Positions 58,730 through 64,000 of a DNA stretch of 64,000 nucleotides are shown here, one piece after another (within the stretch, counting starts at the first letter, position 1; every line of letters begins with the position of its first letter). The notes beneath the pieces are model-generated. The model worked only from the letters and a program-made list of their open reading frames with translations. It had not been told where the DNA came from and made no database searches. This DNA comes from Pseudomonadota bacterium (lineage in GTDB: Bacteria > Pseudomonadota > Alphaproteobacteria > Rhizobiales > Pleomorphomonadaceae): NCBI GenBank assembly GCA_018262505.1, contig JAGSYV010000037.1, positions 2,322 through 66,321 on the forward strand. The letters run 5' to 3'. The position numbers were made by a program, and so were the translations under genes.

Positions 58730-60623
58730 ATGATGGACATAGTCAAACCGATCTTCTCCTATCGGAAACACTGGGCCGCCCGCTTCGGCACGGCGCCGTT
58801 CCTGCCGCAAAGCCGCGCCGAGATGGATGCGCTCGGCTGGGACAGCTGCGACGTGATCGTGGTGACGGGGGATGCCTATGTCGATCACCCATCCTTCGGC
58901 ATGGCGGTGATCGGCCGGCTTCTGGAAGCGCAGGGCTTCCGCGTCGGCATCATTGCCCAGCCGGACTGGCGCAATGCCGATGCTTTCAAGGCGCTTGGCA
59001 GGCCCAACCTGTTCTGGGGGGTGACCTCCGGCAACATGGATTCGATGGTCAACCGCTACACGTCCGACCGCCGCATTCGCCACAACGACAGCTATACGCC
59101 TGGTCGACTCCAAGGCCGATATCCTGCTCTACGGCAATGCCGAGCGGGCCATCGTCGAGGTGGCGCACCGCATCGCCCGGGGGGGCGATCCGCAGACCTT
59201 TGACGACGTGCGCGGCGTGGCGCTGATGAAGCACGCCGTTCCCGAGGGCTGGACCGAGGCGCATGCCGACGACATCGACAGCGCCGACGAGGGCGCCCGC
59301 CAGTTGGGGCCGAACACCGTGCTGCGCCTGCCGGCCTTCGAGCAGGTGGAGGCGGATTCCGAGACCTATGCCCGCGCGTCCCGCGTGCTCCACCGCGAAA
59401 GCAACCCCGGCAACGCCCGGCCGCTGGTGCAGCGGCACGGCGACCGCGAACTCTGGGTGACGCCGCCGCCGATCCCGCTGACCACCGAGGAGATGGACGG
59501 CGTCTACGAGCTGCCCTATGCGCGCGGCCCGCATCCCATCTATGGCGACGCCAAGATTCCCGCCTGGGAGATGATCCGCTTCTCCGTCACCATCATGCGC
59601 GGCTGCTTCGGCGGCTGCTCCTTCTGCTCGATCACCGAGCATGAGGGCAGGGTGATCCAGAGCCGGTCGGAAGGTTCGATCCTCAAGGAAATCGAGCATA
59701 TCCGCGACAAGACCGAGGGCTTCACCGGCATCATCTCGGACATTGGCGGCCCCACCGCCAACATGTACCGGATCGGCTGCAAGGACCCGAAGATCGAGAG
59801 CGCCTGCCGCAAGCCGTCCTGCGTCTATCCGGACATCTGTCCCAACCTCAACACCAGCCACGAAGCGCTGATCCAGCTCTATCGCAAGGTGCGGGCGGTG
59901 CCGGGCGTCAAGAAGGTGATGGTCGCCTCCGGCGTGCGCTACGACCTCGCCGTCAAGAGCCCGACCTACATCAAGGAACTGGTGCGCCACCACGTCGGCG
60001 GCTACCTGAAGATCGCCCCCGAGCATACCGAGGAGGGGCCGCTCTCCAAGATGATGAAGCCGGGCATCGGCGCCTATGACCGCTTCAAGCAGCTGTTCGA
60101 CGCGGCGGCGGCCGAGGCCGGCAAGAAATACTTCCTGATCCCCTATTTCATTGCGGCCCATCCCGGCACGTCCGACGAGGACATGATGAATCTGGCGATC
60201 TGGCTGAAGAAGAGCGGCTATCGCGCCGATCAGGTGCAGACCTTCCTGCCGTCGCCGATGGCGCTATCGACGGCCATGTACCATTCCGGCGTCAACCCGC
60301 TGAAGGCGGTGCGGCGCGGCGGCTCGGAGCGGGTGGAGACGGTGAAGGGCCTGAAGCAGCGGCGCCTGCACAAGGCCTTCCTGCGCTATCACGACCCGGA
60401 AAACTGGCCGCTTCTGCGCGACGCGCTGAAAATGATGGGCCGCGCCGACCTGATCGGCAATGGCAAGCAGCACTTGATTCCGACCTTCCAGCCGGCCGGT
60501 ACCGGCCTTGCTGGCGGCGAGGGCCGCCGCACCGGCGCCAAGCACGGCACGCAGAAGTTTGTGACCAAGGGGACCTTCGGTGCGCCGAGTAGTGGGCCGG
60601 CTCGGAAGCCACGTGCCCGGTAA
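58730..60623 (+). pseudogene. ygiQ: YgiQ family radical SAM protein disrupted by an internal deletion/frameshift near 59100
   Basis: [18 protein letters not shown] in one frame, then [27 protein letters not shown] in another; the conserved intervening segment is absent. Confidence 0.9.
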
Positions 60624-60663
60624 ATTCTGCTTCGGTGGCCGATATGTGCCTAGGTGCTCCATT

Positions 60664-60764
60664 CTGCCTGAGGTCCTACGCCTTCGCGTAGGATGACAGA
60701 ATTATATAAATAAAAACAAATACATAGATTGTCATCCTACGCGAAGGCGTAGGATCTCAGGCAG
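60664..60764. repeat. Inverted pair of REP-like units around an AT-rich spacer
   Basis: CTGCCTGAGGTCCTACGCCTTCGCGTAGGATGACA, 31-bp AT spacer, TGTCATCCTACGCGAAGGCGTAGGATCTCAGGCAG. Confidence 0.9.
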
Positions 60765-60904
60765 GAAAAAGTGGGAGGCGAATATAGGTCTCCCATCAAA
60801 CTGGAGCCCGGTTTGACATCGCCGTGTTTGGCGGCCGTACCCCCCTCCCTGGTCCCTTTCCCGCAGCGGGCGAGGGATCAGGGAAAGGGACAGAGCTCCA
60901 TCCC

Positions 60905-63247
60905 TCACGCAGCGCGGGCGTCGCGGGAGAAGGACTCGATCAGGCCGCGCATGCGGACGATTTCGGCGTGAATGGTACCGGCGGTGGCGGTGACGTCGCC
61001 GGCCACGGCGCGGGTGCGATTGGCAGCCTCGGTCAGTTCGCCGGTTCCGGCGGCCATGTCGTCGGTGGATGACGCCGCCATGGCGGCGCTGCCGGAAATC
61101 TCGGCCGTGGCATCGCCCTGACCCATGACCGATTCCGACAGCGCGCCGGCGGCATTGTCGATGTCGGCCATCGAGGCGGCGATGTCGCGGATCAGTTCGA
61201 CCGCCGAGCGGGTGGCGTTGCCGATACCGTCGATCAGGGACCGGATATCGTCGGTGGCGCGCGTCGTCTGGTTGGCGAGGCTCTTGACCTCGCCGGCCAC
61301 CACGGCGAAGCCCTTGCCCATTTCGCCGGCCCGTGCCGCCTCGATGGTGGCATTGAGGGCCAGAAGGTTGGTCTGCGCGGCGATCGAGCCGATCAGATCC
61401 ACCACTTCGCCGACGCGCGAGGTGCTTTCCGACAAGCCGGCAATGACACCGCTCGCGGTGCGGGCGTGTTCCGCTCCAGTGCCGGCCACGCTCACCGCCG
61501 CGCCGGCCTGGTCGCGTGTGACGGTCTGCGAGCGGGCGAGTTCGCCGGCGGCCGCCGCCATGGTGCGAACGCTTTCGGCGGCGCTGCCGGCGGCCAGCGA
61601 GGTGCGCTGCGCAAGCTCGGCCGCGTGAGAGGCGGCGCCCGACAGATCGGCTGTGCCACGTCCGAGCTTGCCGGCGAGGTTCTCGACGGTTGCAACAATC
61701 CCTGCCGCGGCGTCGTCAAAGCTTGCGATGGCAGTTTCCAGGGCGGCGCGGCGCTCCTCGCGCTGGGCCTGGTCGCGCTCGGCGGCGCGGCGCAGTTCCT
61801 CGCGTTCGCGGCCGCTTGCCTGGAACACCAGAAGTGCCTCGCCCATGGCGGCGATCTCGTCGCCGCCTTTGCGGACGGGGACGGCGACGTCGAAATCGCC
61901 GTGGGCCAGCGCGTGCATCACCTTGGTGAGGGCGCGCAAGGGGCGGGCGATGCGGCGGTTCAGGAGCAGCGTCACCCCGGCGGCCACGCCGACGATGCCA
62001 ATGATCACCGAGAGGACGATCAGGCTGACGCGGTCACGGTCGGTTTGCGCGGCAGTCGCCACCTCATCGGCCGTCTGATGCAGTCCCCCGGCCGCCGCTG
62101 CCGACAGGCGTATCGCGTCGGTGCGCGCCGCCTCCAGAGCCTCGGTCGCCCGGCGAAGGCCGGTGACCGCCTTGCGATAGTCGGCAAACGGCGGCGCCAC
62201 GTCCTTGGCGGCATCGGCGCCGAGTGCGGTGATGGTGCCGCTCACCTGATCGAGTGCGGCATCGATCGCCTTGCCGTGCCCGGCGTCCGGGTGCAGCCGG
62301 TAGTCCTCGGTGGCCAGCAGCAGTTCATAGGCGGCGGTGCGGAAATCGCGCACGCTGGTTCCGAAGGCGGCGGCGCGATTGCGACGGATCGACAGACCGG
62401 CGGCGCGATTGAACGCCTTGTCGGCGCTGGCGCGCGCCTCGGCGTTGACCGCGTCGATGCGCTGGTTGATGGTGGCAAGGCGCGGCGACAGGCGTGGCCA
62501 TTCGGCGGCAAGATCGATGAACTGGCTGTTGTCCCCCTTGCGGGCAACCATCTGGTAGAGGTCGCCCGTAAGGTTGGAGATGGCTTGCAGCGCCTCGGCA
62601 AAAGCCGGGTTCTCGTTCTGAACGCGGGTATCTTCGACGAGACGGGCGGCGGTGGAGAGCGCGTTCTGGCCGGCCGTCAGCTGAAAGAAATCGCCGGTGC
62701 GGAGATAGGCTTCGAAAGTGGCCTGTCCCCGGCTGAGCCGGAGTTCGGCGTCGGTCAAGCCTGACACGACGCTCCGCGTGCCGTCCAGCTCGGCATTGAC
62801 CGTTTCGAGATCGTCCTCGGACTTGCCGAGGTCTTCGACGGCGCGCGCCTCGAGTTTGGCGGCGGTGGCGGCAAGCGCCGCGAAAGCACGGTCGATGGCG
62901 GCGCTGACGCTGTGGATATCCTGCCAGCCGGAGGAGAGTTCGTGGACGGCATTGGTGAGACCGGAGGTGACGCCGGCCAGCCTGCCGGCGGTGCCTTGCT
63001 CGACGGCGGTTATGCCGGCAAGCGCCGCTTCGGCATCTTCCGGCTTGCCGGTTGCGTAGAGCGACTGAATGGCGGCGGTGGCGGTGTTGATGTCGGAAAG
63101 AGCTGTCGATACGTCGGTGACCGCGTCGATCGCAGCGCCGGTGCGCATCAGGCCGAAAAAGCCGGCGCCGCCGGCAGCGCCGGCGAGCAAGACCAGCAGG
63201 AGTGCGAAAAAGAAAAGCTGCGCGGTGATGCTTTGGCCTGATCGCAT
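60905..63247 (-). CDS. Methyl-accepting chemotaxis protein
   Basis: Two TM helices, large periplasmic domain, HAMP (GGDEIAAM), [34 protein letters not shown]. Confidence 0.95.
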   Translation of the reverse strand: MRSGQSITAQLFFFALLLVLLAGAAGGAGFFGLMRTGAAIDAVTDVSTALSDINTATAAIQSLYATGKPEDAEAALAGITAVEQGTAGRLAGVTSGLTNAVHELSSGWQDIHSVSAAIDRAFAALAATAAKLEARAVEDLGKSEDDLETVNAELDGTRSVVSGLTDAELRLSRGQATFEAYLRTGDFFQLTAGQNALSTAARLVEDTRVQNENPAFAEALQAISNLTGDLYQMVARKGDNSQFIDLAAEWPRLSPRLATINQRIDAVNAEARASADKAFNRAAGLSIRRNRAAAFGTSVRDFRTAAYELLLATEDYRLHPDAGHGKAIDAALDQVSGTITALGADAAKDVAPPFADYRKAVTGLRRATEALEAARTDAIRLSAAAAGGLHQTADEVATAAQTDRDRVSLIVLSVIIGIVGVAAGVTLLLNRRIARPLRALTKVMHALAHGDFDVAVPVRKGGDEIAAMGEALLVFQASGREREELRRAAERDQAQREERRAALETAIASFDDAAAGIVATVENLAGKLGRGTADLSGAASHAAELAQRTSLAAGSAAESVRTMAAAAGELARSQTVTRDQAGAAVSVAGTGAEHARTASGVIAGLSESTSRVGEVVDLIGSIAAQTNLLALNATIEAARAGEMGKGFAVVAGEVKSLANQTTRATDDIRSLIDGIGNATRSAVELIRDIAASMADIDNAAGALSESVMGQGDATAEISGSAAMAASSTDDMAAGTGELTEAANRTRAVAGDVTATAGTIHAEIVRMRGLIESFSRDARAA

Positions 63248-63420
63248 CGTATTGACCTCAGTGATGTCGCGTTTCGTGCTGAATAAGCCGATCTCGAATT
63301 AATGAGGAATAAAGAATCCAAAGTAATCGTATGAATTTTATATGACATACAAGGAGAATGATTCTCCCTATGTTGGCCTAGGCAGCAAGGGGCGAAACCA
63401 AGTTGTATCGCGAATAATGC

Positions 63421-63723
63421 TTAGAAGCATTCTTCCTCCAGACGGCGAAGCGCCGCGAGGGCGTCGGCATCCTCATTGTCCTCGAACAGTTCGGCCATGG
63501 TGTAGACATGGGCGTGCATCAACAGCAGCCGGTCGGCGACCGGCCGTTCGGTTTCCTCGGCCTCTGCGAGGCGCCGGCGGAAGCGGTCCCAGAAAGGGTT
63601 GGCAAAGGCGGGATCGTCGATGTAGCGGCGGAGGTGGACGAGTACCGCGTCCATATTGCCCTCGAAGTCGATGCTCTGGAAGGTGACGTATCGGTCGCTG
63701 CTGCTGTGATCGCCGGGCGGCAT
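63421..63723 (-). CDS. cowN: N2-fixation sustaining protein CowN (protects nitrogenase from CO)
   Basis: [21 protein letters not shown] and terminal LEEECF; GGAGA RBS. Confidence 0.9.
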   Translation of the reverse strand: MPPGDHSSSDRYVTFQSIDFEGNMDAVLVHLRRYIDDPAFANPFWDRFRRRLAEAEETERPVADRLLLMHAHVYTMAELFEDNEDADALAALRRLEEECF

Positions 63724-63763
63724 GGTTTCTCTCCGGTATCCGTGTCGAGGTGCCGCCCTGACC

Positions 63764-63780
63764 TGCAATCACCTTGCCAA
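63764..63780 (-). promoter_or_regulatory. Sigma54 promoter of cowN
   Basis: Minus strand TTGGCAAGGTGATTGCA (GG-N10-GC). Confidence 0.85.
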
Positions 63781-63857
63781 GCCGTGATGAGTCCTTGATA
63801 TCCGGGGTTTTCCTGAAGAAAGACGCCCTGCCGACTGGAAATTTCCCGTCCGATCGA

Positions 63858-63873
63858 TGTTGCGTTTGTGACA
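63858..63873. promoter_or_regulatory. NifA upstream activator sequence
   Basis: TGT-TGCGTTTGTG-ACA (TGT-N10-ACA) about 80 bp upstream of the -24 element. Confidence 0.75.
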
Positions 63874-64000
63874 GTGATTGCCAACTACATCGATATAGTA
63901 GTTGTTAGCCCCCCGATTTACGCGTTTAAGCTCCTGCGGGCAAAGACGACGTCGTGTTTCTACGGAAGATTTCCTGACGCAAAAGGGGCAGTAAGTGGCC

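Noticed and set aside
63885-63905. Dyad AACTAC..GTAGTT as an NrdR box
   Set aside because: Poor match to the consensus and the associated gene lies outside the window

Overview
High-GC alphaproteobacterial chromosome segment. A Porin_2 porin, SciP/CtrA/FlbD flagellar circuitry and a sigma54/NifA-type cowN point to a diazotrophic Hyphomicrobiales; Pleomorphomonas-like is my inference only. Contents in order: murein transglycosylase, Hsp20, Bcr/CflA MFS, a Phd/PemK-like toxin-antitoxin pair, a Zur-regulated zinc locus (two COG0523 GTPases and a metal-binding protein, with the ABC ATPase/permease largely replaced by a 169-bp MITE-like element), a Caulobacter-type flagellar cluster (fliK-flgD, sciP, fliF-fliG-fliH-fliN-flbD, flhA) split by about 11.4 kb of accessory genes, mnmA, porin, an aldo-keto reductase, a DEAD-box helicase, an unsaturated-uronate catabolic operon (LacI, GH88/105, kduI, an 840-aa unknown lyase-like protein, sugar ABC system, with kdgK nearby), ohrR/ohr, cysG, an AstE-like peptidase, folD, a BaiN-like flavoprotein, ygiQ, an MCP and cowN. 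No rRNA, tRNA, CRISPR array, transposase or integrase was seen. Most notable: (1) the 840-aa candidate lyase; (2) a series of deletion lesions (hsp20, Zn ABC, flhA TM1, possibly rsgA, fliN, ygiQ) while flagellar regulatory sites stay intact; (3) a synonymously diverged duplicate of the flbD 3' end; (4) a REP-like hairpin family with compensatory stem changes and IHF-like flanks. Family assignments come from motif recognition, not database searches.
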